From: Raillietiella orientalis
Taxonomy: Eukaryota
Reading direction: 5' to 3'
NCBI GenBank assembly: GCA_036172245.1
Contig: JAYWIR010000061.1
Span: 558,001-622,000, forward strand
DNA: 64,000 nt
Made by a program: the position numbers and the translations under genes. The notes below the pieces were generated by a model, which did not search any database, had not been told where the DNA came from, and saw nothing but the letters and a program-made list of their open reading frames with translations. Of this stretch, positions 12,400 through 24,598 are shown piece after piece (position 1 is the stretch's first letter; every line of letters begins with the position of its first letter).

Positions 12400-15300
12400 G
12401 TGTGGTCTGCGTTAACAGCTGATGCACGGGTTCCACGGCATCGCTCAATCACCACGACTACGCGCTTCTCGATGTCCCCTTCACGGTGGAGGGGATTTCT
12501 TCCGCCATAGAGGGGTTCAAGAGACGGAAAGCGCCTGGGGAGGATGGCCTGCTCGCGGAGTTCTTTTTGTGCTTCGCAGCAGAGCTCGTCCCCCTGGTGC
12601 TGAGTCTCTCCTAGCTGATGCGGGAGACGGGAGATGTCCCTGCTTCCTTCCCTCAGCAAAGGTGCGTCTCCTGCCGAAAGGCGGAGACGCACCTTTGCCA
12701 ACTCAACAACTGGCGTTCGATCACCTTGGTGAATTCGGACATCAAGTTGTTCTCAAAGCTATGGGTCGCCTGCTAGGGAGAATCGCCGAGGCCTTGGTAA
12801 GCCCGGAGCAGACGTATGCTGTTCCCGGACGCGAATCTCTTCTTCTCACGAACATGGCTCGAATTGCAGCAACGCTTTGCGCAGCAAAGCCCGACAGCCG
12901 AAAGAGCCGCTGCCAAGGGCAAGAGGTGGTGCTTGCGGCACGAGGGAACGCCGGGTGCCTTAGCGGTCGCGGTCGATCTCTACAAGGCGTTCGACTGCGT
13001 AAACCAGGACCTCCTCCTGGAGCTCTTGGGACGCCTAGGCCTCTAATCGCCTACTTGAGCTCCTGCTGGCACCATGTGTTATGCTGTATCTCTTTCAGCG
13101 GCTGCCAAGTGTACGGCGCCCCCATACGGCGGCGCATCAGGCAAGGAGACAGCTTAATCCCTCTGCTCTTCAGCATCTTTGAGTTGGTGCTGAGGTTTTG
13201 TTTATTACGACATTCTTATTACATTTGTACCTTATATAAAGGTTAGTTTTACAATATGTTTGTAAAGTTTAATTTCACAGAGATTTCAATTGTCTTTAGA
13301 TACACAGCTGTGGAGGGTGGAACTTGAAAAGAGGGTTAGTCTATTAAATTAGCACTTAGAGGGACGTCAGCACCTGAATAGCTTCTGTTATTGGAGATGT
13401 GGAAGAGCTGTCCAAAAGGATATCATCTGCTTGCGGATCTACACTGTGATAGGGGAGGACCCCTGTTTGTATTTGGGATATAGGACATAGTTCTCCGTGA
13501 CTTTGGTACTTATCTTCATGGCGAAGATTTCCTTCGAGGTTTTCTGCTGGATACGAAGAAGGGTTGGGCGTGGAGATACAGGCTGACTCTGGCCAACCTG
13601 CCGAGCTCCTGCCCGGGAACGCCAGCCGTGACTGCCTATGCTGATGACCTGCTTCTCCTGTTGCTCATATCCACCGCGGCGTCCAGTCTCGAAGATTTCT
13701 TTGAGCTCATTCGTCGGGGAGCGGGAGTAAGCGTCAACAGGGCGAAATCCACCGTTGCACCGGTTGGTCCTAAGTGGGAGGGGCAGTCCGACTGGATCCG
13801 CCTGGGGATCCCCACGGGCAGGTGCTTTAAGTACCTTGGTGTTCCGTTGGGCGACTTCTGTCCAGCAGAAGTGTGGTCGGACTGCTTTCGCAAGGCCGAG
13901 ACTGCTCTGGGTCCATTCCAAGGTCGCAGGTTCGTCCAGCCTGGGCGGGCCTTCGTGTGCAACATTTTCGTTGCCCCCCTCCTCCGTCCCCTCCTTTTTG
14001 TTTGTCCCCCTCCCTTCGCGGCTAAGTGTCGGGCGAAACGCCTGTTGCAAAACGCCTTGTGGGGACCGGCGAGGTCCAGGATCCGACTCAAGGACTTGGC
14101 GGCTCCTCTTCGAGATGCCGGCTTGGGCATCCTGATGCTGGAGCGGATCGGACTGCTCGTGCAGTTTCGCATGTTGGCACTTTGTGCCCAGCTTTGGGCG
14201 ACTCCCTGGTGTGCTCCCGCACGGCTACTGCTGCAGCGCTGCACGGGTGGCGACGGACTGCGTTCGTTGCACCTGCATACGGAGCGCGCCACGAGAGGAT
14301 TCAACTTACCGCTGAGGCAGCTCGCCTCGCTCCTGGGAACGCATTCGTGGATCTCCTGCCGGCAGAGAAACTTTAACACCTGGCGGCAGGAAGTCTTATC
14401 GTCCTAGACAGCGCAACAGGATGTCTCCCGTTTGGAACTCCATTGCGTGAACCTTTCTCCATACAGCCCAGTAGAGGAGGTGATGCAAAACCAGGACAAT
14501 TGGACTCGCCTGGCCGCTACTCCCCTCGCCGAAACGCTGTCTGCCTTAAGGGCACGAGAAGACAGTGTACTACTGGCAAGGTGGGGGGCTGCCCGTGCTA
14601 TCGCAGGCGAAACCCGACCTCTGGGTGGCTGGAGGACCTGTGAGCTGGCAGACGCTGCCACACCTCGCATTCGTGCCAAGGGACTTCTCCGGTGGAGCAA
14701 GCTCCTGAGGTCTCCCTCCGAAGAACTTGTGGTCCCCCCCTCGTGCGTAAACACGACTGTGTTCCCCCTTCGGTGGAAACAGAACGCTTTTCTGCTGGTG
14801 CATTGGGGTTTCTATTATAACCAGCGCGCGCACCTGGTTTCCGGGGGAGTTGCGTCCCCGAACTGTGCAAAATGCGGAGCGGTGGAATCGCTCCTGCATC
14901 TACTATTCGACTGCGGTGCCCTCCAGGGACTCTGGCGGCGGCTGTGTTCAGCTCTCCTGCACCCCAGACACACCGCAATGGATTGGATGCGCCGCTTCTT
15001 CACACGTGGCGGCCTATCTCTTGGAGCGGTCGTCGCAATCATCTGCTGAGCCATTGTCAGGGTGCGCCACATATTGCAGCTGAGAGCGGTCCCAACATCG
15101 GTCCCCTGCAATCTGGAACTGGCTGCCGGGTGGCCACACCTCGACGAAGAAGTGAGGACGGAGATTGCCGGCATTCACCGCCGGTTCTGAGAATAGGACC
15201 GGCTGAAGCTGCATACCCCTGTCCCTACCCGCCCACTATTTTTATTTATTTATTGTCCCCTCCCTCCCGTTCCAAACTCTCAGTATGCCCGGCCTGCGTG

Positions 15301-15405
15301 TCGGGAAACCCTCACCCTTAACTTCTGTTCCCCTTGCCTGGGAACTATGTTCCCAGATGATTTCATTATAATAAACGTCCCAGCGCAACCGGGAAACAAA
15401 CGACT
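12400..15405 (+). mobile_element. Best-preserved Tx1 family A ORF2 (RT to zinc finger) and 3' UTR; pseudogenised and interrupted at 13196-13579
   Basis: RT motifs VRLLPKGGD, WRSITLVNSDIK, VDLYKAFDCV, RQGDSLIPLLF, AYADD, FKYLGVPL; zinc finger CAKCGAVESLLHLLFDC; AATAAA plus hairpin end at ~15370-15400. Confidence 0.92.
13196..13579 (-). other. 384-bp foreign insertion inside the RT domain, resembling the 3' end of an antisense mRNA
   Basis: AT-richer than its flanks; RT reading frame resumes exactly across it (LVLR|LTLAN...AYADD); AGG on both sides; minus strand ends ...TAATAAACAAAA. Confidence 0.75.
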
Positions 15406-15429
15406 ACGCGCTCATTGGCGCTAATGGAA

Positions 15430-16600
15430 TACTCTCCGTTCGTTGGCCGGGTCTTTGGGGAACGAAATGAGAATGCATTCGCAACAGGTTTCTGGTTTTG
15501 ATCCCCACTGGCGGGAAACCTGCAAAGCATCTCCTTCAAATCCTTCAAATGGACAATCGAGATTCGTGCTCGGCCTTTGACTCTCCACCCTGCTCTTCGA
15601 CTCGAAACTTCGGCATCGAGAGTCGGCATTTGGGGACTGGGGCCATGCTGTTGTCTGATCTCATCACCAATAACGCACGAAAACTGGACACTCTGAAGGG
15701 CGTATCGTACACACAAAATTGTTTTTATTTTTTTTGAAAAGCAGTGCTTTAGAACGCGCGAGACACGCTCTTTTCTTTCCCCCAAAGCGTGCTCCAGAAC
15801 GAGTAGGAGGAACCCGTTAGAGATTCTTTTCCATCGACTGTCTTCAAAGTAGGTCGTTCGACCGAGACGTTTGATTGTTCTTTTTGTAAAACCGGTTGAA
15901 AGGCAATGAATCCGGGGTGAAGCTCGAGGAAGGGAAAAAAGAGCTCCATTAGAAGCGAAGACACCCGCAGTTTGAATTTTCCTGGAGATTTCAGTCACGT
16001 TCCTTCCGCTTGCTTAGGAGTAAGAAAGTAGATATAGACCAATAAACGAATCCATCTTTTCGCCCTACTCTGTTCCATATTACTGAGTTCATTATCAGTT
16101 ACCAGAACACAGCAGTAAAACATAACACGAGCATTTTTGTGGCTCCGAAGAATTTTAGTTTTACTCAAAAAGGAGATGCTGTTCAGATCATGAACCAACC
16201 ATCGACCTTGGGGAGCTTCACTAACTGGAAGAAAAAACTATCTGCTTCTCGAGGAAACAGTGGACTTTATCATCGAGATCCATTCCAGAAGGAGACAAAG
16301 TCGTTCTCCTTTCAGCAGGTATTCGGGCATTTTCGAAGTATTTCACCAAAGCCATAGAAATGATCTCTTGGTCATGGAAGCCATTACTTAAAATCCACTG
16401 CGAAAACTTAATGGTAATTAAGTTTTCGCAGTGAATGTCTTGCTTAGCTCTTTTCATAGAAAATAGATAAAATTTGGAGTGATATTGTTTTTGTTTTTGT
16501 TTTTTTTTACATCTCTGCCATGGACAATGCAGTTGCAAGGAGTCCATCCAGATGTCGTCGGTGCTTGAATCGGTGTTTAAACTGATCTTCAATGGTGAAT
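15430..16600 (-). mobile_element. Degenerate hAT transposase fragment
   Basis: In hAT order: STDDIW (TTD.W), HCENL, VLVTDNELSNM (VTDN..NM), DSRWKR...LLVLEH (TRWNS...LE), EMLCRF. Confidence 0.55.
16396..16433. repeat. Perfect 17-bp inverted repeat with 4-nt loop
   Basis: cactgcgaaaacttaat-ggta-attaagttttcgcagtg. Confidence 0.95.
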
Positions 16601-16779
16601 TCTATGGCGAGCTGTCTACCTGTTCTTCGTGGCTGACTTGGCTGACAACTACTTGGAATATTCATAAGTGTGTAATAAGAGTTTATGGAGTCGATGGAAG
16701 TTGAATCTTGAAAGAAAAGTGTGGGACCGTTAGAAAGAACGCGAACTTAGTGATTCACACACCAACCGCAGCTGACCAA

Positions 16780-17610
16780 CCGCAGCTTTGACACTCGTGA
16801 GATGTGCAACGTGCAAATGGAGAGCTTCATTTGGAAGAAGCACCGTGTCTTGGATGGATGTCCTCTTGCACCATGACTTGATAGTTGCTTCTCTGAACGC
16901 CCGGGCGATCGAATTCATCAAAAATTGCGGCTGGTTGCACAGCTCCGGACACCAGGTAGCCCAGGACTGTTCCAACGAAGATTGCACCCTTGGACGGAAG
17001 CTAAAGGGTTGTGACTAGATTGTTGAGGAGGCGAAGACGTGGCTTTTTCAGACCCTAGAGGACTTCCATCGTCGAAAACTAAAGGTTCTCTATAACCAAA
17101 GTGATGGAAAGGCATAGAAAACAGAGATTTGAAAAGTTATGTAAAGTGTGACCATTCCAACATCAAAGTGTGGCTCTTTGCGAAGATATTTGACCAAGAA
17201 GAAAACCGTGAAACGAAACTTGTTTACAGTGCTTACAGTTTGTGGAGGTCTTAACAAACCTGAGGACTGTCCACTTCAAAGTTTATCTGTTGCCTGTTCA
17301 TCATGAGCGCGTTGCGATGTAGAACATTCTGATGACATTTATCGTCATTTCTCAAGTGCCTAGCTTAAACAGTAACACCTGAACTTTGTGCAAGTTTCGA
17401 GGGAAACTCCTGGTGCAAATTCTCTTATCAGCATGGACCTATCAAAACTTGTCCATAATCTCGGAAGATTCTGGCTTCGGAATCGCCTGGAAAGAATTGC
17501 CATGTACTTCAGCTACTTGCACTTCATTCCTTTTAGCAGCATTGTGGCTCATTCCGAGATCGTTCTTTCCTCATCTGCACCGGAGGATTACAAAGTGCGA
17601 TGACGGAATC
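16780..17610 (+). mobile_element. Degenerate Merlin (IS1016/ISXO2-like) transposase
   Basis: Across frameshifts: RCATCKWRASFGRST, KLKGCD*IVEEAK (IGG.G.IVEIDE), TVCGG, KVYLLPV, PG.ILLSAWTYQNL (PG..I.SD.W..Y..L), IVAHS (VNHS). Confidence 0.55.
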
Positions 17611-18699
17611 AGCATTTTAACAGTGACTGCATCCTGTCAAAAAAAATGATTAATGGAACCACTTATTTCTTTTTCATTTCATTTTACTGCTGGCTTATGC
17701 GAGACCGGCAAGGGAAGCTACCTAAGCTATCCAGCTTTCCCATTCACACCTTATTACAGCAGATACATCTCTTTTTTCTTCTTTGGAATGGATGGTATTA
17801 TTGAACGGAAGCTGAGAGCAGACATCACTATGTGGTTTTATCCTTGCGAAATGGAGCCGCGCGACAGCAATTCCCTTACTATGAATAGGACTTAGACATA
17901 ACTTTGTTATGTACTTTTGGTAAAACCTTGATTTGTAAGACTCGGTACGTTCAGCTATAAAAATCAACGATTTCTGCATACTGAAGTGTATCTTCATCTC
18001 CCTCACGCGTACAGACGCACAGAAAAGCATCAAACGACTCATGCTCAAGGATCGTAAACACAGCTCAATAAATAGTAAACATACCTGTAAATATGATACA
18101 TACTTCCGTATACATGAATGTGCATATGTGCTGAAGCAAGCACATGTGCTATGCATATGTGTGTGCATATACCTATACCTATGCACTTCCCCAGGAAACC
18201 GTCCTCAGGGACCACTTTGAAAGCATGATCTTGATACAACTCTGATATCCTTAGGTGTGGTGCAGACTTTATCCTATGTGTGGTACATGGTGCAGGTGTG
18301 GTACTCCCTACGCAAACGCATATCTTCCATCCTGATCCGTATTAATGGGTCTTCAGGCGATACCTCAAATCGCGGCAGATGTGTTGAGAGAAAGGTACGT
18401 GGGCGGTATGCATGAAAACAGAGATTCTATTTCTACTATATAGAACATATGATACATCTATTCTATATGTAGTGTATATGCATAATATGTTTCATATGCT
18501 ATATAAAGATGGGTAGCTATTTGTCGCCATTGATATATTTACTTGTCGTAGATATTAAAGAGAGATAGAATAATGTACGACGGACATTTTTAATAATGTA
18601 CGACGGAACACACAGATAACAGATTGTCTACGTAATGAAACATCAATTCATCTCGACATAAAAGCAGGCAGAATGCAACTTTTCCCATCCATTTAACCA

Positions 18700-19380
18700 C
18701 AAGTTTAGATGTTTTGCAAGAATGAAGAGACATCACTTCGATCGAGTGCTTTTGGTGTACAGCAGGAGACCTCGACTTGGACAAATGTGCAATTCTCTTC
18801 AGGAAACTTCTTTCACTTTACAGTTCTTTATTGGACTTTCAACGTTCGCAAATGACACCGTGCCCGAGGGATTTCTTTCGGAAGACATCAGATCTTACGA
18901 ACTCTGCCGAATTAAGAAGATATCTTTCGCTGCACCATTAATCACAAAACACTTACCGGAAGTGTTTCAAGTAATTCCGCTTGTTCATTCCTTCCTCCTT
19001 AAATGAAACTCCTTCAGTGTGACTCTTGGCTTTCTAGAGTAGCGTCGCTCTTCGAAGTGAGAAAGAAGCTGAAGAGTTTGGACAAAGTGACTGCAGATTG
19101 CCCCAGAAAGGAAATCAAAGCAGTTCGATGGATGAAAACCACTCTCGGCCACTCTTCTGCTAAGCAGTCATTCGCTCGTCCAGCACTTTGAACGCTTCCC
19201 ATTGATCCTGGAAAAGAACTGCTCCCTAAAGTAGCTGGACACGGAAACGATGAATTTTCTGAAGAGGAACGGACTCTGACTGATGTGTTCGCACACACAT
19301 GGCGGCACACCATGATACTTAATTTCTAAATGCGATTGGTTCCTTTCTGTGTGTATGATTTTAGAATAACGGCTCAAATG
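18700..19380 (+). mobile_element. Degenerate hAT transposase fragment
   Basis: ETSTWTN...FFHFTVLY (D.WT....T.H) and LTDVFAHTWRHT (DV.TRWNST); many stops. Confidence 0.4.
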
Positions 19381-19749
19381 GAGTAGACTTTATTCCACTG
19401 CATTGTATGAGGGTCCCAAATCATTAGCCATCCGCCCACTTATCGTGATGGAATAAGCGGAAGCAGATCTGAAAAGGGGCAAACACCTCGGCTGGAGCTC
19501 ACGTTTCCCTCGCTGTCATTTATGGCAGCCATTTATGGTTCAAAGTGACCTCCACAAACACGGACTGCCACAGGGGTTTGATTTTAGTGTTAATCACTAA
19601 AGTCATGTAACCTCTATGGCAAGTACTGCGATGATGCATATTTCACATTATCTACGGCAATGTGCAATTTTTTTTAAATTGTAATACTGCAGCCTTGTAA
19701 CTCGAACATTAGTTCCTAGAGTGGTATCGCCTTCCACGTCGCCTCTTGT

Positions 19750-21650
19750 GTCAACTGAAACCCCTGATATTTCATCGCTACAGCCATGCAATGATTAAGG
19801 ATAAACTGTTCCAGCAGGTTGCACGAACATCAGTCTCCTCGTGGCGCAGATCCCATCGCCCTTTCGTAGATGTGGTGGGATCCTCCAGAAGACGCTGGCA
19901 GATGCTAGGCTCAGGCCTGCCGTCGGCGGTTCCGTCTCGGTGGCTCCGCAAGGGACTCACTTCAACAGGTGCAGGCAGGCATGCAGCATGCCACCAGCAC
20001 ACTCAATGGGGAGGACTCTGCAAGCGCTCCCACACGGAAGAAGGAGCAGGGACGAAAGGCAGGAAGTCGGTTCAAGAAAGGACGCGCGGATGAACAAATG
20101 AAGGTGCAGGAGGGCATGGAACCTCTCCCCCCGTGAGTGCGCGGAACTTTTGAGGACCTCGAGGACATAAAGAACAGGAGTCGCAACCAGATTGGATACA
20201 CCAGACTCCGAGCGGCTAAAAGCCTTCCGAAAGCACTCGGGTCTCGGAGCGGAGCTAACCGAGTCTCATTTCGGGATGGAGACGATGGCGATGGCGGCGA
20301 CGGGTGAACTCGACAGCGATGCTCCTTCTCTCTGAAACCGCCACTCCAGGCCACGCACTGGCAACAAGGAACGAACGTGCGGCGGCGAGGCATCCCTTCC
20401 ATCAGTCTCTCCTTCCCAGCAGTGAGAAGAGGGGGAAGCAGGAATGACTCAGTGATTCTTCAGGGCAAAGCTAAACGTACTCCGTGTCTCCCACTCCAGC
20501 AGCTACACGACGTGACAAGCCTTTCCTCTCCGCACCATGCATCAGTCCTGGAAGCGGATCCACTCTACTCTAAGGCGGGCCGACGAGGGTGCTGCCTTCT
20601 CATTCATTGCCTTTCGATGAAGCTTCCCTGTCAGAAAGCAGAAAATCTCCCCGTGTCCCGCCCGATACCCTCGGTGCACCACAGAGACCCCTGAAGAGAA
20701 GGAAACAGAAGCGGCGATCGTGTGAGGGGCGAGGAAGCGCCCTTTTGCCTAACTTAGGGGAGCAGAACTCAGGGGGGCAGGATGTACCACCACCACTCAC
20801 CCACCGAGGAGGAGTCCTGGAACGACGCTGGGAGACTCCTGTGCGGAGAAACCTGCCACACCTCTCTGGTGGCGAAGAACTTACCAAGAGATCGTGAAGC
20901 GAATAGGTTGCGTCAGAAAGGGTCCCTTCCCCTGTTCCTGGTTCTGGTTAGGGAAGCGTCCTCCTCTGCCGGGCAGAGGGACTGATCCATCCCTTGAACT
21001 TCAGAAATCGTCATTAGGGATGTTATTCCCGCTCGCTCTCCGGCCGCTTTGACGGGCAGGGCGAAACGGGTCGAGCTGCAGGGACTTCGAAGGTGCCTTC
21101 CAGACCCAAACCACTCCAGAAGCGCTCCAAAGGGCAGTCCGAGGCGAGAAAGGGACACTTCATGCAAAGATGTAATGAACCGCATGCCTGTGCTTGTCTG
21201 GGAGCAGTCGCCTGGATCAGGTCGTGCGAAAGGAGAGGAGCTCCGGTTGTCCTTAGCAACCATCGGTCTCGTGCCTGCGAGACATTCATCACCTCTTCCC
21301 AAAGCTTTTCGAGCCAGCAGACCAATAGAAACCGGAGTCCCCCGCATGATTAGCAAGGGGAATGCCATCGTCTGCTTGCCAAGCGAAGGATGCAGTTACC
21401 CCTTTCCAATTCAGGATTTTCTGCTTCCCGATCGAAAATCTCCCCCGGAATGTAATGAAGGAGTAGGCAGCATCCCGGATGCTGACGGGCCACACGCGCA
21501 CGTGGCTTACTCGACCTCCTTTTTGCTGAGATGGCCGAGCCGGTAGGTCGCGATCTTCCCGGGCTCCCATCTGGGAGCTCCTGCAAAGGTCGCAAAGGCA
21601 GACGGAACCGAGTCTCTCTCGTACCAACACGGGATCGGATGAGACGGCTT
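19750..21650 (-). mobile_element. Heavily decayed Tx1 ORF2 (RT to zinc finger)
   Basis: GIPLANHAGD (WRPITLAN.D), LSRLGLP, and PCGATETEP...VFWR zinc-finger remnant. Confidence 0.55.
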
Positions 21651-21699
21651 TTCGCTCTCCTCCTACGAGATGACGGCGATCCTCACTCTGAGGGTTTTT

Positions 21700-22190
21700 A
21701 TTTTTTTCGAAGGGTTTTGCGCCGAGAAACGCTCTCCCACAAGCCCAAAACTGCTACAGGCCGGCGGATGACACCGCGATGTCTCGCAAAGTTCGCGGTA
21801 CGAATGGGAAAACACATGCGGCACTCAGGCCGCTGGGCTCGAGATGTCGTCCTCTCGAGTCCGGAGAGCGGAGGGAACGAAAGCTTGACTCTCAGGCAGG
21901 CGCTGCTCATCGCTTGCACTTTTTTTGAACTCCTGAGATTTTGCACTACCAGCAGAGGAACATAACAGCGCTAAGCACACTCGACCTGACAAAGTGCCCG
22001 CTCCTTCCTGCCAGCTAGGTTGATTCTCCTTCCCAAAGGAGGAGACATACCCAGTCTGAGCCAGCGCTCAATCACATTGGCAAACATAGACGTCAGCACA
22101 CTCTCCAAACTCTGGAAGCTGCATTCAGGGCAAATGTCAGAACCCACTGCCATTCCGTAAAAAGATTCCGTAAAGCAGAGCGCGGGAACC
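21700..22190 (+). mobile_element. Tx1 RT N-terminal fragment
   Basis: ARLILLPKGGDIPSLSQRSITLANIDVSTLSKL at ~22013-22110. Confidence 0.75.
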
Positions 22191-22339
22191 AACCTGATTA
22201 CGGGAAAAGAATATCCAAGAGGTCTAGAGAGCCCAAGGGAAGAAGAAGGAAAGAGTCCTTAAGATTTTGGAATTTTGGAAGTTCTAGAATTCGGCCTAGA
22301 TGCAGAAATTATTGGACCACATAAACGATGAGCTAATTT

Positions 22340-23945
22340 TGAATGGCCCTTGAACTGCCTCGGGATTTCACCCTCGGCTCTCTAATTTATCTATGCTTAC
22401 TGTGAGAAAATCCCCGGTTATTTCATAGACTGTCTCGTTCACGGTGGGGAAGAAAGACGTGAAATCGAGGAAGACACTGCAATGCTATCCAGAACTTGTT
22501 TTGAATTGACAGTGGATGCATATGAGTTTATTCTGGCCGTCCATCGTCCATGTCAACCCTCCACACCCTCATTAGCTGAACTATTGGGGACCCGTTGGGT
22601 TGATTAGCCGAAGTGCAGCATACAGATTAACTAGAAGAAATCAAAGATTGCTCTTATCGAAATGTCTGAGAAAGCTCATCTTGATCCGCTCTGTCTGAAG
22701 ATCTCTCTGAATGCACTACTTTCGTCTACTTGGGAGCTCACATTTGTGCTTTCTCTTAGAGTCCTAGCTGTTTTGAGAGGACAAAATGAGGCCCGTTTCA
22801 TAATTGAAAATTGTTTCTATAGGTATTTTAATGGAACTCATACTTTTGTTTCTTCCCCGTGGATCCACGGTCTGCTGAGGTAAGATCTCTGGATGTTCAC
22901 TAGTCCAGAGTCTGGATCCAAGGCTTGATGTCCGTGTGAATCATAAGGTGAATACAATTTTTGTCATTAAAGTTGATTTAAATTTAAGCAAAGTTACAAA
23001 AAATAATTAGGTACAGAGGGATCTGGACACTTGACTAGTAACAACCAGATCAGCTACTGAGGAAAAAAAGTAGCTACGGAAGGCACTGTTTCTTCCACCT
23101 AATCAAAACCTGCTAAAAGTCCTTGTTTCTTTCTTCAGAGCACCTTAGAGTTAACACTGGAAGTTCCCTGTATAGCTCTTTTGGAACTAAAAGGCTTGGA
23201 AGAGCCCATGAAAGCATTGACCCATCTCAAAAGAGCCCGACTTCGTAATATTCTGACTTTCAGTTGGTCACTTTTCTTTTTCAGATCACCATTGACAATA
23301 TATGCAACCTGATGAGCATCCATTGCTGTTCTCTGGAAGCATGATCAGTTATTTGATGAAGAGAAGGCGTTTAATAGGAGCTTTCATGTTAGTCGATAGG
23401 AATCACGAGATACATTGCTTAACGGAGCATCTCTGCCATGGAATGCGATAACTTCCTGGAATGATTCCGAAGAATTGCAGTTCTGGTGAGAATACTTCAG
23501 AATATCTAGACTTTACGTTCATGGATCCATTACAAATAATTCCATTCTATCTGCCGGCCTTTAGACAACGGTGCTCCTGTTTGTTGATGGTACGAAACGA
23601 AACACCTCGTTTCGTCACCCCGATTCGAGCAATTTCAAAGATTCTCGTCCTCTATGCAGACTGAATGAACCGATCCTTCATCAACATTATTGGCTACTTG
23701 CAGAACATGTGTAGTGCTCTATGGAATACTGGTCTCGATTTGTTCTCTAGCAGGAAATAATTCCGCACTTATGATTGACATGGTATATAATTATTTTATA
23801 CCATAATTATTCTATGAAGCTCATTCTGCCTATTGGTGTTCTTCATGGAATAATCCGTTCTAGTTTGTTTGTTTTTTTTTGTGTGGGGGGTGTTAAACAA
23901 TCCTCTAATATTGAACTGCAATTTGCAAAGTATCCCTAAAAATTC
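22340..23945 (+). pseudogene. Putative endogenous viral element: degenerate Mononegavirales-like L (RdRp) gene, CR I-III region
   Basis: Colinear motif remnants LAELLGTRWVD*P (GHP motif), ARFIIENCFYRYFNG, SLYSSFGTKRLGRAHE, EGV**EL...MECDN (motif B/C-like), LFVDG, RAISKI, CVGGVKQSSNIELQFAKYP; many stops, frameshifts and deletions. Confidence 0.5.
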
Positions 23946-23959
23946 AATTGGAGAAAAAT

Positions 23960-24352
23960 CTAGGAAGTCGGGTAAACTGTGTCAGTGACTAATTGGAAAC
24001 ACCATTCTTCAGTCAGCTTCACTGAATTTCCACAGTAAAAGCAATGGATTTTGTTATTCGGATCTTCAGCTTGAGTTTTGTGCCTGGTAAGCCCTGTGCT
24101 AAGTGTCCTTTTGACACATGCTCGTCTGTATGGTGTAATGCAGTGTTGAATACTCAGTTCGTCGTCTTTCTCCATGCCAATTGAAACTATAACTCCGCCG
24201 TCTTGCAATTGCTGATCAAAGATGTTAGCACGAAAGTTCACCAAGGCATTATTCACTAGCGAATTTTGGACACTACGTATATTGAAAAGCTCAGTGACCA
24301 GTCTTAGTGGTAAGGATTCAGCACAATTTGAAAGGAGTGCTTGAGCTATCAT
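23960..24352 (-). pseudogene. Putative endogenous viral element: Mononegavirales-like L, CR IV segment (open 130-codon frame), inverted relative to the upstream piece
   Basis: MIAQALLSNCAESLPLRLVTELFNIRSVQNSL aligns gap-free with recalled VSV [33 protein letters not shown]; then C..YRRACVKRTLSTG (C...HADTLRYKSWG) and VTDTVYPT (VIGTTVPH). Confidence 0.6.
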
Positions 24353-24598
24353 TCAGAGTTATCATAAAATGATGCCCTTTACGTAGGCATATTGGTGATT
24401 CACGCGTATGTGAACCAAAGTTTATGAGTATCATTCAATACTTGTCACCATAATAATGAATTCCAAGTACTGCGTTTTGTTTTATTTATGGTTTAGGCCA
24501 AAAGAAACAGAAATGCAGTCACCGCATGAACGCCGATACTCCGGCTTTCCTTTTATGTTGTTATTGGCAGCTTTTAAACCAAAATAAGACATGTTGAA

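Noticed and set aside
83..15321. Numerous overlapping 60-280 aa ORFs in the ORF track as independent genes
   Set aside because: They are frame fragments or antisense shadows of GC-rich decayed retrotransposons.
19168..19377. BTB-domain-like minus-strand peptide (FRKFIVSVSSYFREQF)
   Set aside because: A single weak motif; the plus strand is better explained as a hAT remnant.
21049..21546. Narnavirus-like RdRp (PRMISKG resembles motif F)
   Set aside because: No motifs A-C follow; the opposite strand carries Tx1 RT remnants, so this is an antisense shadow ORF.
22340..24352. L1 twin-priming as the cause of the inverted L segment
   Set aside because: The pieces are tail-to-tail, whereas twin priming gives a head-to-head junction.
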